From the IMG/VR virus record IMGVR_UViG_3300024182_000003, positions 1 to 62,199 of that record: a stretch of DNA of 62,199 nt. One strand, 5' to 3'. This DNA is from a virus (taxonomy: Duplodnaviria > Caudoviricetes). The position numbers and the translations under genes were made by a program. Under the pieces are notes generated by a model. The model was not told where the DNA came from and searched no databases. It saw nothing but the letters and a program-made list of their open reading frames with translations. Positions 28,841 through 39,383 of the stretch are shown piece after piece (within the stretch, counting starts at the first letter, position 1; every line of letters starts with the position of its first letter).

Positions 28841-29220
28841 CCAGGTTGACCCTTGTCCATCTTGAATGGTTGCTTGACGTGATGACCATTACCTTTGCCG
28901 TCAGGTTCCCACTTTCGATGCTTGTTGATTTGCATCTTCTGATTGACTCGATCTTTCAAGATGAATCCAGCAAAGGCTGCAAACCGATAAAGGTTGATCA
29001 TCACATCGGCTGCTTCTTTCATTATTCCAATATCGTCTTCAGCTTCAACTGCTTCTGCAAGCTCATCGAATTCCTCAGACATTCTATTGTAGGCACTTCG
29101 GATTCGAGTCCATCGATCCTTGTCTCCAGGGCCGAAGGTCTGATTCATCCAGTTGTTGACCGAAAATTGATCTTCTTCGATCAAAGGAATCGTAAGCAGT
29201 GTCTTATCCTTTTTAGGCAT
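28807..29220 (-). CDS. MazG-like dATP/dGTP pyrophosphohydrolase (DUF550-like)
   Basis: W...TFG...EE..EL......EAADV.I......KM.IN..RKW. Confidence 0.75.
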   Translation of the reverse strand: MPKKDKTLLTIPLIEEDQFSVNNWMNQTFGPGDKDRWTRIRSAYNRMSEEFDELAEAVEAEDDIGIMKEAADVMINLYRFAAFAGFILKDRVNQKMQINKHRKWEPDGKGNGHHVKQPFKMDKGQPGWKPLKLREDV

Positions 29221-29587
29221 TGATCTTTTTCTCCAACGCTTCAAATGCTTTGTTAAAGGTTTCACCTTCAACTGAAAATCCTGTACAATCCGTCCATCGA
29301 CAATAGATCAGGATTGTATTTGGATGATGCTCGTTTGGTGATTCGTGTAATATACCTGTACGTTTACATACCGGACATACAAAGTGATTAAGTCTTACTC
29401 TTTGTACGAGAGTTACGCAAGCATTTAAGGCTCTACGGATCGTTGATTCGGGCATCTTGTGTTCTTGAATGCAATCGCAGCAGACGCCAAGGAAGAAGCA
29501 ATCGAGTTTAGCTTCTGTTACAACTGTCCATTGGCGTCTACAGATTGCACAAGTGAAGACGTGATTACCGACCGGACTCTTCTTCAT
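29213..29587 (-). CDS. Cys-rich hypothetical protein
   Basis: Several CxxC pairs. Confidence 0.5.
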   Translation of the reverse strand: MKKSPVGNHVFTCAICRRQWTVVTEAKLDCFFLGVCCDCIQEHKMPESTIRRALNACVTLVQRVRLNHFVCPVCKRTGILHESPNEHHPNTILIYCRWTDCTGFSVEGETFNKAFEALEKKINA

Positions 29588-29746
29588 ACACCCTCACTTG
29601 AACACTCTTAAGTCTCATCGCAATAATACATTCAGACATTGGTCGTTGATGAGTTGAGCAATGCAATCCAGTTGAATCAGGAAAGCATCCACGTGGAAAG
29701 TTGGCCGTAGCTTCTGGTTGTGTTCGTGGAACCTGTTCGATCATCT

Positions 29747-30166
29747 TTAACCTCCCGGTGTCACTCTGAGGTGATGTTTAGAACATCGCCATTCAACCTC
29801 AAGTGGTTTGCGATAGTCACGGTGATGTGCTTCGACGTTTTTACTACCACAAACCATACAAGGCTGCTTAGTAAGTCTTTTGTCTCGAATTGCATTATTC
29901 ACCGCAGTTCGAGCTTTATATCTTTCGGGGTACTTGGCTCGATGCTTCTGACTAGCTGTTGTTGTATACCCGGCGGGTCTTTGCCGTGTAAGTTCATAGA
30001 CTCGATAGTATTCAGCATTGTCTTTCCGGTTTGTTTTGACTACTTCTTTTGTGCATTGTTTACATTTCGAGGATAGATACTTATCGGTATTGTCATTCGT
30101 ATATCCGTAGAAGGCAGATACCGGCAAGACCTGTCCGCATTGTCCACGACACCTTTTCTTTTTCAT
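29747..30166 (-). CDS. HNH-like endonuclease
   Basis: PCMVCG...EAHH.DY.KPLEV.W.C..HH plus N-terminal Cys pairs. Confidence 0.7.
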   Translation of the reverse strand: MKKKRCRGQCGQVLPVSAFYGYTNDNTDKYLSSKCKQCTKEVVKTNRKDNAEYYRVYELTRQRPAGYTTTASQKHRAKYPERYKARTAVNNAIRDKRLTKQPCMVCGSKNVEAHHRDYRKPLEVEWRCSKHHLRVTPGG

Positions 30167-30225
30167 ACGAGAATTATATCATAGGTGTCAATAAATCAAC
30201 GAAACTAGATGCAAACCTTTTCGGA

Positions 30226-30711
30226 TTAAAAAGGGATGTCACTTTCCGAAACAGGCTCCGATTTCCTTGCCTTGGCTTTTGCTTTACCCCTGGACGGTGG
30301 TTCTTGCTGAGCTTTCTTTTTCGATCCTCCACCTTTCGTGACCTTACTAGTCTTTGAAGGTCGTTCTCCACTTGAGTCTTGACCACTACCGAGGAAGAGA
30401 AGTTGACTGACTGTGACAGCGAGAGTCCATCTAGGATTGCCCTCGTTGTCCTCCCACTCTTCAACCCTTAAACGGCCCTCTATGTAAACCTGTCTTCCCT
30501 TCTCAAGGTATTGTTCTGCAAGCTCAGCGAGCTTGTTCCAACACGTAGCTTTGTACCAGTAGGTCTCTTCTACTTCGTCACCATCTCGGTTTGTATACTT
30601 TTCGGTATGAGCAACTGAGAAGTCACATACCGGAGTTCCTTTGTCAGTGTAGCGCATCTCAGGATCACGTCCTAGATATCCTATCACTGTTACCTTAGCC
30701 ATCGAAGCCAT
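30226..30711 (-). CDS. ssb: Single-stranded DNA-binding protein
   Basis: IGYLGRDPE.RYT, KG.QVYIEGRL, C-terminal DIPF. Confidence 0.95.
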   Translation of the reverse strand: MASMAKVTVIGYLGRDPEMRYTDKGTPVCDFSVAHTEKYTNRDGDEVEETYWYKATCWNKLAELAEQYLEKGRQVYIEGRLRVEEWEDNEGNPRWTLAVTVSQLLFLGSGQDSSGERPSKTSKVTKGGGSKKKAQQEPPSRGKAKAKARKSEPVSESDIPF

Positions 30712-30749
30712 TTTGTATTCTCCTTCGGTTACGAGTTAATGGTTGAGCG

Positions 30750-30938
30750 TCACTCTGAGGTGACAACACGGTAAGATGAAGCGAGCTTGATCACATCCTC
30801 TTCCGTGAGTAACGCTTTGTAAAGCTGACCAGTTGGACTGATGATATTGTACCGCTGAATATTCGTAGCGGAGTGTTCTATTTTGAATTCCATCTTGGTC
30901 AGCTTGGCGACTGCTGTATTGAATCGTGAGTTCGACAT
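30750..30938 (-). CDS. Hypothetical protein
   Basis: AAGGA RBS; stop inside an 18-bp dyad. Confidence 0.5.
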   Translation of the reverse strand: MSNSRFNTAVAKLTKMEFKIEHSATNIQRYNIISPTGQLYKALLTEEDVIKLASSYRVVTSE

Positions 30939-30942
30939 TTGA

Positions 30943-31254
30943 TTATCCTTTCACTTCTTTGAAGTCTACATCTATAGCGTCATCTATTGCAGAGGGTTTT
31001 GGTAGCTCGTACCCTAGATGATCTACTAGTTTAAGAATCTCTTCGCGTGTAATCCACTTATCGACCCTATTTGCACCTATCCATAGTTTGCGATGTCGTT
31101 TTGTAGTAGCGCTGTAGACATCTGTGCAAAATCGGATGTCGAGGTCTTTGTACCAGACTCCGATAAGGGTTTCATAGCTGAAGAAAAGCTGAATGCTTTC
31201 GGTTTCAACTATGACAGCGGTATTGGTTCCTGCAAGTAGTTTGACTTTAATCAT
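30943..31254 (-). CDS. Hypothetical protein
   Basis: FSYET.I...YSATT.RH...W pattern seen in small phage proteins. Confidence 0.55.
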   Translation of the reverse strand: MIKVKLLAGTNTAVIVETESIQLFFSYETLIGVWYKDLDIRFCTDVYSATTKRHRKLWIGANRVDKWITREEILKLVDHLGYELPKPSAIDDAIDVDFKEVKG

Positions 31255-31553
31255 TGCTCTACCTCGTCATCGAATGTGATCGAGTGTCTATGATCAAAGA
31301 TATGAGCGACTAAGTTATACTTGTCGTCTGCTATCCACCGAGCAATAGTTTCCAGGTCTTGTTCAACGTTACCCGACAAGACCTTTACGGATAGGCACTT
31401 CATATCCTCTGGTAAACAATCGCTCGAATTGAGTGCGAACTTGACTCGCTCTGCTACTGAGTCTTCGCCTTTTCCTGAAAGGTCTAGTAATATTTGCATC
31501 TTTCTTACCTCCTGGTCGTCCTGTTGGTCGTGGTTGAAAATGAATGACTTCAC
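31251..31553 (-). CDS. Hypothetical protein
   Basis: ATGA coupling at 3' end; likely start at internal Met with AGGAGG RBS. Confidence 0.45.
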   Translation of the reverse strand: MKSFIFNHDQQDDQEVRKMQILLDLSGKGEDSVAERVKFALNSSDCLPEDMKCLSVKVLSGNVEQDLETIARWIADDKYNLVAHIFDHRHSITFDDEVEQ

Positions 31554-31683
31554 CGAGTGCTATATCTACTCGATGATACTTTCCTTTGTCTGCGTTTAGA
31601 TCAGTGAGTCTGCCTTGTCGGATATACTTACGAACAGTTTCCACTGACACCTTTAGAAGCTTGGCTGTTTCTGGTAGGTTCAT
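31369..31683 (-). CDS. Excisionase/MerR-like helix-turn-helix DNA-binding protein
   Basis: E.AKLL.VS.ETVR.YIR.GRL; RPTGRP tail. Confidence 0.7.
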   Translation of the reverse strand: MNLPETAKLLKVSVETVRKYIRQGRLTDLNADKGKYHRVDIALGEVIHFQPRPTGRPGGKKDANITRPFRKRRRLSSRASQVRTQFERLFTRGYEVPIRKGLVG

Positions 31684-32705
31684 TGTTGATTCATTCTCCA
31701 CGGTGGAAGTGTAGCTGTAAAAACTCCTTGTCTGTATCTACTAGGCCAAATATCTCGCTTACGACAAATCTTCAATTGGTTTAGTCCCTTCATTATTTCT
31801 TCTTTCGCAAACATCAGACTGTGATCGTCTATTTTGTAAACTACTACTTCGTATGGAGGATTTTTTCCTACGCAGACATTGAATGAAGGGACTGTTCGGT
31901 TAATCTCACCTGAAGATGATGGTTCGTGATAATCAAACAAAGCATTGCGTACCATTTGATAGAGCATAGCTTGATGAGCATAGCCGAATCTATCTACTGC
32001 TCGACTGAATCCTTGTGGATAGGGATCGATTGCAATCTTCAAGTCCCAAAAGACTCCGGGTTTATACTTCTGTTTGTTGAATTCGAATGGAGTAGTGATG
32101 ATCTTGTCGTACTTGACTTTGATCTTGATCTCGTTCTGAGGTTCGATCCATCGTGCTCCTTGTTCGTATCGTCCAGTTGCTTCAAGTAATCGTTTGACTT
32201 CTTTATGAAGTGAAACGTTTGCAGCCATATCAGCGGCCTGTAGTAACTCGGAATGAAAGAGGCAAAGCTGTCCTTTACGTTCACGAGCTAACATATCATC
32301 TCGAAGAATTCTACCCTCCTTTGTAGTAGCGTTATGATCCTCCACTACGTATACATCTTTGACCTTTTCAGGTTCAAGAATGTATAGGTGAACCATAGAG
32401 CCTATACTATAGAACCTATCCTTGGCCGTAGGCTTGGCATAGGGAGGGGGTATAGTGTGGGTGATATGTAGACCTTCAAATAAGGGTATAGACTCAAGAA
32501 AAGGCTCAAAAGTAGACAGGGAAAGCCACTCCTGATCTTTATGGTATCGATCATTGCTTACATCCCACCATTCAGCCTGTCCAGGTTCAGTCGGCCCAGG
32601 TGTATTGTCGGAAGCTAGACTCATCACTCCCTGTTCATCGGGAGTTAGATCGATAGGTTCTGACAGCTTAAACTGTTCTTTCGGAGTCTTCTTTTTTCTT
32701 GGCAT
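31680..32705 (-). CDS. RecE/exonuclease VIII-like PD-(D/E)XK nuclease
   Basis: YH...LS.S, GS.VH..ILEP, K.K.D...DLK, Y..QA..Y motifs. Confidence 0.8.
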   Translation of the reverse strand: MPRKKKTPKEQFKLSEPIDLTPDEQGVMSLASDNTPGPTEPGQAEWWDVSNDRYHKDQEWLSLSTFEPFLESIPLFEGLHITHTIPPPYAKPTAKDRFYSIGSMVHLYILEPEKVKDVYVVEDHNATTKEGRILRDDMLARERKGQLCLFHSELLQAADMAANVSLHKEVKRLLEATGRYEQGARWIEPQNEIKIKVKYDKIITTPFEFNKQKYKPGVFWDLKIAIDPYPQGFSRAVDRFGYAHQAMLYQMVRNALFDYHEPSSSGEINRTVPSFNVCVGKNPPYEVVVYKIDDHSLMFAKEEIMKGLNQLKICRKRDIWPSRYRQGVFTATLPPWRMNQQ

Positions 32706-32874
32706 CTTTTGTCCCTAACACTTTGCTAGTAACGCGCCCACAATGATCATTAGAAAAGACCAAGCAATGAAACCCAGGTGTCTGAGTTTTCGGATTTGTC
32801 CTCGTTCTATTTCGCCTAGATTAACTCCACCGTCTCTATCGTACATTGTTGCCTCCGTAACTCTGGAGTGACAC

Positions 32875-33222
32875 TCACTTTCTAATCTTACGAATATAGG
32901 ATTCAATCTTCGACAGATCATCTTCAGTTTCGGTTGCTGTAAGAAGCAGGAATCTACCCGGCCACTTCGGAAAAGCATAGACAGGTGCAACTTGAGTCAC
33001 GTCAAATCTCAATGGATTAGGATTAACGCCTTTGTTGATCCTTCGAAGTAGACAAATCCAGTTCTCGCTAGAACCAAGTAGAAAACATTCCTTGGCCCTC
33101 GAAAAAAGCTTCATAGTAGCCGGTGGTTTTCCTTTGACAGTCAACGATACTTCTTTCTTGTAGTCAAGTTCTTCGAAGAGTAAGACTAAGCGTTGTTCAA
33201 TACCATTCTTGATCTTCGCCAT
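32875..33222 (-). CDS. Hypothetical protein
   Basis: 115-aa ORF with GAGGA RBS. Confidence 0.5.
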   Translation of the reverse strand: MAKIKNGIEQRLVLLFEELDYKKEVSLTVKGKPPATMKLFSRAKECFLLGSSENWICLLRRINKGVNPNPLRFDVTQVAPVYAFPKWPGRFLLLTATETEDDLSKIESYIRKIRK

Positions 33223-33223
33223 C

Positions 33224-33598
33224 TTATTCCTCTTCCATTATGACATCGTATTCCAGTTCTGTAAGCCAGGATTGAATCGACTTTGCTAGCTGAGCTAATC
33301 GTTCCTTCTTTTCTCCACCGAACGTGATCATTAGGCAAGCGCCTGATACGGACACTGTAGCGGTAGGAGTTAGTTCGCCTCGCTTGTAAGCACGATGAAT
33401 CTCAGACATCAGAAAGTTGGCTTCGTCAAGTTGATCCTTTGCTTTTTTACGAAGCTCAGTGTCTTCAGATGTAGTGAGATCGTTGAAGACAACTAGTGCA
33501 TAGGTACTTGTGTCGTGCTTTGCGATAGCTGCTAGCCGACCTTCTTTAGTTAATATGCATTCGGTACACATAGTTTGTCCTTTATCGAAAGTCTTCAA
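33224..33598 (-). CDS. Hypothetical protein
   Basis: 124-aa ORF in operon. Confidence 0.5.
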   Translation of the reverse strand: MKTFDKGQTMCTECILTKEGRLAAIAKHDTSTYALVVFNDLTTSEDTELRKKAKDQLDEANFLMSEIHRAYKRGELTPTATVSVSGACLMITFGGEKKERLAQLAKSIQSWLTELEYDVIMEEE

Positions 33599-33956
33599 GA
33601 GGTACTTTACTACCGAGTTTTATATTCTTCGGGACTAGCTTGACTATTACTTTAGCGTCTTTGATATTGCCAAGTTTAACAATTGCTACGAGTATACCCT
33701 TGTTGTTAAAGACACCTATTGCGTGTTCTTTATCAACTGTAAACGTGACCATATCCAACACAAACTCTCGTTACTGTTGTAATGGTACGGAAGTACCTGT
33801 TGCACGAACACTAATCAAAATTACAAAAGCAGCAAAGTACAATCGAATCTTACTCATCTTGACGAACCTCCAATCGTAATGTTATCATTTAATGACGGTG
33901 ATAGTGATGCGCGTATCCTTTCCTGCTGGTTGGGAGCGAGGCATTAAGTTTCGCTC

Positions 33957-34670
33957 CTAACTGGTAAACGTTACCTTTGCTACGTCAGCTAAGTAAACCC
34001 AAATCCTACTGACTTCTTGATTGCCAGCCGTTGCCATTGTTGCGTAACTGGAAGCTAAATCGCTCACCTCTATTTCGACAAAGTATCGTTTTTGAAAGCC
34101 TATAAGCTTGAAGTCTTCAATTGCGATCTTTGCATCTGTAAAAACTTCGTGCTTAGACTTTCCGCCCTTCTTACTTCTAACGTCTTTTTGGACTCTTACT
34201 CTTGCACTCTTACTCCAAAGCAGAACACGTGGGTCGAATCCTGTAAGAAGATTGAATGCTTTAATCCTTGCCCGTATCCCTTCGATCGTGGGTTTACTGA
34301 TTTCACACTCGACCTGATAGTGATCAATTACATTCTCAAGTGGACGTGCTTTCTTCTCGCGTTTCTTATGTTCTCGTTTTTGACCTAATACCGTAAGACA
34401 GTTACCACAAGTATTTTGTTTGGTTGTTAAGTAGGCTGAAGCGGTAAGGAACTGATCTGTTCGTCGCTTTCCTTCAACGGGATCAAGATCAATGACGTTG
34501 GGCATAAACTCACCGTCAAGATTTATATAGCGACCTACTCTGATTTTCTCCCGCAGTTCCTTAGCACATTCATACTTACAGACTGTAAAGAAGTGTCCGA
34601 AGAGTCGTCGTTTCATTTCATTTCTCAAAGTGAAGACCGAAAGTAAGAATGCTTCTTTCGAGTGCTTCAA
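33957..34670 (-). CDS. Hypothetical protein
   Basis: Long basic ORF in operon; start uncertain. Confidence 0.5.
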   Translation of the reverse strand: MKHSKEAFLLSVFTLRNEMKRRLFGHFFTVCKYECAKELREKIRVGRYINLDGEFMPNVIDLDPVEGKRRTDQFLTASAYLTTKQNTCGNCLTVLGQKREHKKREKKARPLENVIDHYQVECEISKPTIEGIRARIKAFNLLTGFDPRVLLWSKSARVRVQKDVRSKKGGKSKHEVFTDAKIAIEDFKLIGFQKRYFVEIEVSDLASSYATMATAGNQEVSRIWVYLADVAKVTFTS

Positions 34671-35238
34671 GATAAGCTACGTTATCATTCTCTTTTCGTT
34701 CACGCTCAAACCCTGAACGGAATCGTTTTGGTATAGGTTGTTGAGCTTCAACGTAGATTCTCATCCAGTTACTAACATTCGGAGCATCTGTAGGAATGTC
34801 ATCATAGAAGGAAGCTGGATGACCTTCAAGGCAACAAGCTTCACAATTTGCAGCTTCGTCATTATCCGATTTACGTGTACCGTGATAATGTTTGAATGAT
34901 TGCAAAGCCATCGCGTGTAATTGTTTTACTTTGTCGTCAGACCAGGGCGTTATCATCTTCCTTTTCCTTGCTACTGCATACTTGACAGGGTACTGAAAAC
35001 GGCTAGGAACGTCTCCTAAGTGGCTTTTTAATGCTTCCTGAAGTGAGTATGTACAGTGCTCACCTACACAAAGAATAGACCTTTTGCCGAACTCGCTGGC
35101 ACCCATTAGTTGATTCTCGAACATTACAACGTGAGTAGCCCTGGTTCTATCAATCGAGTTCTTGATCACGTCTGCTTGGTCTATACCAAACTCGTTGATC
35201 AAAGCTTCAAGTGTTACTTCAACTGGATTCGTTATCAT
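34618..35238 (-). CDS. Hypothetical protein
   Basis: 206-aa ORF starting just after an 18-bp dyad. Confidence 0.55.
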   Translation of the reverse strand: MITNPVEVTLEALINEFGIDQADVIKNSIDRTRATHVVMFENQLMGASEFGKRSILCVGEHCTYSLQEALKSHLGDVPSRFQYPVKYAVARKRKMITPWSDDKVKQLHAMALQSFKHYHGTRKSDNDEAANCEACCLEGHPASFYDDIPTDAPNVSNWMRIYVEAQQPIPKRFRSGFERERKENDNVAYLEALERSILTFGLHFEK

Positions 35239-35241
35239 CTG

Positions 35242-35766
35242 TCACCTCGGAGTGACGCCTCGTTGCGCTGAGGCATCCATTGCTTTTCGAATACGGCCCT
35301 TGTAGAGTCCGTATTGGTTGTCAATAGTAGAGCAGGAAAACCGACAAGCTGGATAGCGTATACATCCATAGAACTCGTGTTTGTCTTTACTCTTTCGTAG
35401 AACTAAAGGCCAACCACATTGAGGGCAATCGGCTACAAGAAAGTCTCGCCAACGATCAAGTCTATCTTGAAGATTCTGTTTCCATCCTTTGACTCGATGA
35501 ACCCGTTTTGCTCCACCGAGCATCATTATTTGATCTTCTGCAACCTTACACCAAAGAGTAACTCGTATAGCATCCTTGCCAACTGATCGAGAATGACCCG
35601 AGCTTGTAATGCCAGTGTAGACTCGAAGTGACAAAGGATACCTGGAACCTTTGATTCGTCTTGAAAACACAATCTCTCTTGTTCTTGGAACTACGATAAC
35701 CTGGAAGCCTTGACTCTCCAGGAACTCTCGCATTTCAGAAAGAGAAATGTCGTAATACTCAGCCAT
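35242..35766 (-). CDS. Protein with topoisomerase-type C4 zinc ribbon
   Basis: CPQCG..LV.R......FYGC.RYP.C. Confidence 0.7.
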   Translation of the reverse strand: MAEYYDISLSEMREFLESQGFQVIVVPRTREIVFSRRIKGSRYPLSLRVYTGITSSGHSRSVGKDAIRVTLWCKVAEDQIMMLGGAKRVHRVKGWKQNLQDRLDRWRDFLVADCPQCGWPLVLRKSKDKHEFYGCIRYPACRFSCSTIDNQYGLYKGRIRKAMDASAQRGVTPR

Positions 35767-35900
35767 TGAACTACCTCTACTTGAAGAATCGTCCTGGCTT
35801 ACCGCTAAGTTCCCGTAGATCATCATAACGTTTGAGTATTCCAATGATAACCATTCCGAATACTATTCCTATCCAGCTAACTGTGAGAACACCTTGATGA

Positions 35901-36176
35901 TCAACGTAAAACTGTGCGACTCTGTAGAACCATTCGCTGTGATTGTGCCAAGTCCAAAGAGTCGAAGTGGGCCTTATTTGGATCGGCCTTAGCCTGTTCG
36001 TGAGGCTGAAAGTAGATCGTTCCAACCCGATTACCATTAACATCGTGCAAGATTCTCATTCCAATGGTTTCGGGAGTGGCTCTATCAATTGCTTCGTGAA
36101 GAATGCGTCGGAATTCGAAAGGATTATTATCCTGAATCGCTGCATTCTCCGTTGACATTGTGATTGTCATTTTCAT
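35901..36176 (-). CDS. Hypothetical protein
   Basis: ENAA...D.NGNRVG pattern; ATGA coupling. Confidence 0.5.
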   Translation of the reverse strand: MKMTITMSTENAAIQDNNPFEFRRILHEAIDRATPETIGMRILHDVNGNRVGTIYFQPHEQAKADPNKAHFDSLDLAQSQRMVLQSRTVLR

Positions 36177-36460
36177 TCGTCATCGTCTCCATTGCTATCT
36201 GAAGCTGTCTGTCCTGCAACAGTAATTTCGAGTCCGGGGTAAGGCTCGCCGGTTTTCTTGTTTGTTTTGGTTACGGTCTTGAAGTTAGCATAGGGAAATG
36301 CCAGCTTTGCCGCAGTGTTGAATGCAGTATTTTGACGGCATCTGCTTCTGACAAGCTTTGCAAACTTCGTGATTGTCCAAAGCTGTTGAGCGTTGAGTTC
36401 ACCAAATCGTTCTTTGAACTCTTTCTCTAAGCCACTCGCAATTTCAGTATAGTGCTTCAT
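36173..36460 (-). CDS. Hypothetical protein
   Basis: AAGGAG RBS; 95 aa. Confidence 0.55.
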   Translation of the reverse strand: MKHYTEIASGLEKEFKERFGELNAQQLWTITKFAKLVRSRCRQNTAFNTAAKLAFPYANFKTVTKTNKKTGEPYPGLEITVAGQTASDSNGDDDE

Positions 36461-38489
36461 TGGTTGAAACTCCTTTGATCAGGAAAAATAGATTCATCTT
36501 TGTACGTGTTAAGGCAACGTACCTAAGATTGTATTCCTGTTCTGTTTGCCACGGTTGTTGGTTTGCCCAAATGAACGGGAGCTTATCAGGTTCGAGTATC
36601 CAAATAGTCTCGGCCTCTAGTCCCTTTGCCTTATGAACAGTCGAGAGAACGATTCCACCATTCTCATCGCTGAACAAGTTATCGATTTCTCGAATCAGTT
36701 CTTCAGGTGAACGGGTTTGAAATGTCTTGTAGCAGACATCGATGGATTCGATCCTATCTTGCAAGGCTTCGATTGCGCCTTCACTCCACTTGCGTTGTGC
36801 AAGCTTTTCTCTTTGTTGCTTGAAGTAGATATCAAGGAACTGTAAGAATTCCTTTGTGAACACCTCATCCTTGTATCTAGGGTAATCAGGAGCGCCGTAG
36901 CGCTGCTTTGCAAGCTCCATTACTTGATTGACAATGGTCGTCAGAAGCTTCCCTATATTCCGTCCCTTGACACTTGCTGGTCGTCTATTCCTGATTAGCT
37001 CAAGGCATAAGGAAATAAGTGGAGCGGTTACACGACAGATAATCAAGTCACCGCTCTTGACCCTGGTTAGTATCGAAGACAGTGGAACGTTTTCAATGAC
37101 TCCTTTTGGGGCTCCCTTACGTGCTCTGATTTCAGGGACAATTGCCTGAGCCAATTCAATCGGCCCTGTAGGACACCTGAAGGATACCGACAAAGGAAGC
37201 TCACCGGCCTTCAATCGTCGCTTGATGTTGTAGTAACTGTTCGAGTCAGCACCGGAAAATCCGTATATTGCTTGATTTGGATCACCCACGACAGTCATCC
37301 TGCAACCCTTTGCTCTAATCTTTAAGAGCAGTTCGAGTTGAAGACGGTTTAAGTCTTGTACCTCATCAACCAGAATGTCTTTGTAGCGTGATACAGGTTC
37401 AAGCTTCCACTTCACGGGAAGATAGATCATATCAGTATAGGTGATCGTACCTTCGTTACGTGCTAACTGTTCACCTTCATCAAGAGCGCGAGTCACGATG
37501 CTTAACATCAAGTTGAGATCATCCTCGAATTTTCCTGTTAGTGAAGGAATGTCTAGACCGAAATGATCAATTAACATTGCAACACTTTCAAGGTCATCAG
37601 GATCGGTGAGCGTAACTTGAATATATTCGAGCAAATCATCAGCCGCATTTCTGACTTCGAATTCTGTTGGAATACCGATCTTGTTCAAGCTACTGGTTCG
37701 GATGTTTGAAACGATTCGCTTGATGTCTGGAAACATTATGTTGCTATATTTCCAGTTTTGCAGATCGAGTCGTCCGATTTCTTGTCTGAGAATTTCGTTT
37801 CCTATGGAATGAATGGTTCGACACTCCATTAGACCTTGTAGTCTAGTTCGAAGCTCAGCAGCGATGTCGCGACCGAATGCACAAAACAAAGCTGAAACCT
37901 GTCGGCCTTTAGGTGTGAAATACTTGATTACCTGAGCTAGTCGTTCTAGGACTGTTGTCTTACCGCATCCTGCAACGCCTTTGATAATCAAGTTTCCTTG
38001 ACCACCAATATACCACTTGAAAACGTCTACTTGTTCAGGCGAGGGAATGAAGGGTTTAAGCTGTCCTCGATATCCTACTTCACGCCACTTAGACATTAAC
38101 GGCTTCAATTTTGTATCAGCAGCGCGAGGATCAGAAACCAGTTCGATTAGTGAATTCACTCTTCGAAGAGGATCATCTTTATCGATAGGTTCAGTTGAGG
38201 TTCCGAGTTGCCAGATAGTGTCTTCAGTTTCTTCCGTTGTCACTTCGGAGTGACGCAGAGGACGTTCGCAAAACATCTCATCTGAAGCTTCGTCAATCAG
38301 TCCCTGGGGAGGTTCTGACTTCTTTCTTTTCTTGATCACGTCTTGAGTTGATTCGTATAGATTGCCTGCCGAGTCCACAAACTTCAAACAATCAGGGCAT
38401 CGTTGAGCGACCTTGATTTTTGAAAGATTTAGACTTGGATGCGGACAAGCGGTAGGTTTCTTTTTCGTTGTTGTCTTTTTGGCTTTCAT
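36444..38489 (-). CDS. UvrD/Rep-family SF1 helicase
   Basis: GVAGCGKTT, LVDEVQD, VGDPNQAIYGF.GA, SFRCP, STVHKAKGLE, YVALTR. Confidence 0.92.
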   Translation of the reverse strand: MKAKKTTTKKKPTACPHPSLNLSKIKVAQRCPDCLKFVDSAGNLYESTQDVIKKRKKSEPPQGLIDEASDEMFCERPLRHSEVTTEETEDTIWQLGTSTEPIDKDDPLRRVNSLIELVSDPRAADTKLKPLMSKWREVGYRGQLKPFIPSPEQVDVFKWYIGGQGNLIIKGVAGCGKTTVLERLAQVIKYFTPKGRQVSALFCAFGRDIAAELRTRLQGLMECRTIHSIGNEILRQEIGRLDLQNWKYSNIMFPDIKRIVSNIRTSSLNKIGIPTEFEVRNAADDLLEYIQVTLTDPDDLESVAMLIDHFGLDIPSLTGKFEDDLNLMLSIVTRALDEGEQLARNEGTITYTDMIYLPVKWKLEPVSRYKDILVDEVQDLNRLQLELLLKIRAKGCRMTVVGDPNQAIYGFSGADSNSYYNIKRRLKAGELPLSVSFRCPTGPIELAQAIVPEIRARKGAPKGVIENVPLSSILTRVKSGDLIICRVTAPLISLCLELIRNRRPASVKGRNIGKLLTTIVNQVMELAKQRYGAPDYPRYKDEVFTKEFLQFLDIYFKQQREKLAQRKWSEGAIEALQDRIESIDVCYKTFQTRSPEELIREIDNLFSDENGGIVLSTVHKAKGLEAETIWILEPDKLPFIWANQQPWQTEQEYNLRYVALTRTKMNLFFLIKGVSTNEALY

Positions 38490-38523
38490 TGTTTTTCCTT
38501 TTGCGTTTTTGTAAAACGCTGGC

Positions 38524-38715
38524 TTAGGGTTTGTCATTCCACCTTCGATCAGGAAAGGGAATGTCGATTCTTTGTCTTCTACGTTCGGGAGTAATGTAGA
38601 CAATAACTGAAGATGTTCTATAAACCATTACCTTGTCAGTGAAGGTTCTTAGAACTACCTCAATCGTACTAGGACGTGGGGGCACGTACAGTTCGAGTTC
38701 TTTAGTTCGAGTCAT
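38524..38715 (-). CDS. Small hypothetical protein
   Basis: 63-aa ORF upstream of helicase. Confidence 0.4.
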   Translation of the reverse strand: MTRTKELELYVPPRPSTIEVVLRTFTDKVMVYRTSSVIVYITPERRRQRIDIPFPDRRWNDKP

Positions 38716-39383
38716 TTGGTTCTCAACGGGTGCCTAAACGCTCCCCGTATTTGCTGAAGAAAGCTGACGTTGCAATGATCGCGATGATCATCAAAGAACC
38801 TGTTATCCAAAGCATTACGAAACCTCCACGTCACTCTGAAGTGACGCACACAGGGACTTGAGAACCCTGTCGTCGCATTAACCGAAGCGCTGCTTGCTAT
38901 CACTTTGCCTCGGCCTCTCTGCGATTTTTACCAGTCGCATTAAGATCGCAAGCCCCACCAGTTCGCCCGAACTTCCCTTTAAGCCTCTTTGCGTAGCACC
39001 CGACATTGGTTCTCATTTCATTAACGATGTCTGCGGCGGGAAGGTAACTACTCTGACGATCAGTTCCTCGGAAAATCTAGATCAAAGACTTAACGAACTT
39101 TCGAACAATTAAGTTAATGTCAATTTGAGAAAGTGTAAGTGCGTTGACTAACTCTCGGAATCGCTGAACGCCAGCAACCCTGGCCTTTCTTGCTTATGAG
39201 ATTGATAATTAAGCTCTTGCAGAGTGGCTGTGACTGAAGCTTCAAGAAGGATTCAAGACTAACTAGCGCTCAGCGTCATCTGGCCTTTTGCTAGCCTTGT
39301 TGGGCTATCTTACGCTAGCCTTCTCTTGGCTTGTCCTTTGCCTATCCTATGTTCAAAGATCAGAAATCCTAACTACTAGGTAA

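Noticed and set aside
28807-29220. Z-genome (2-aminoadenine) pathway suggested by the DUF550-like enzyme
   Set aside because: No PurZ, no HD-family dATPase and no phage polymerase visible
39240-39380. A fourth ~150-bp element, expected near 39 kb if copies were 13 kb apart
   Set aside because: None of the conserved blocks could be found on either strand
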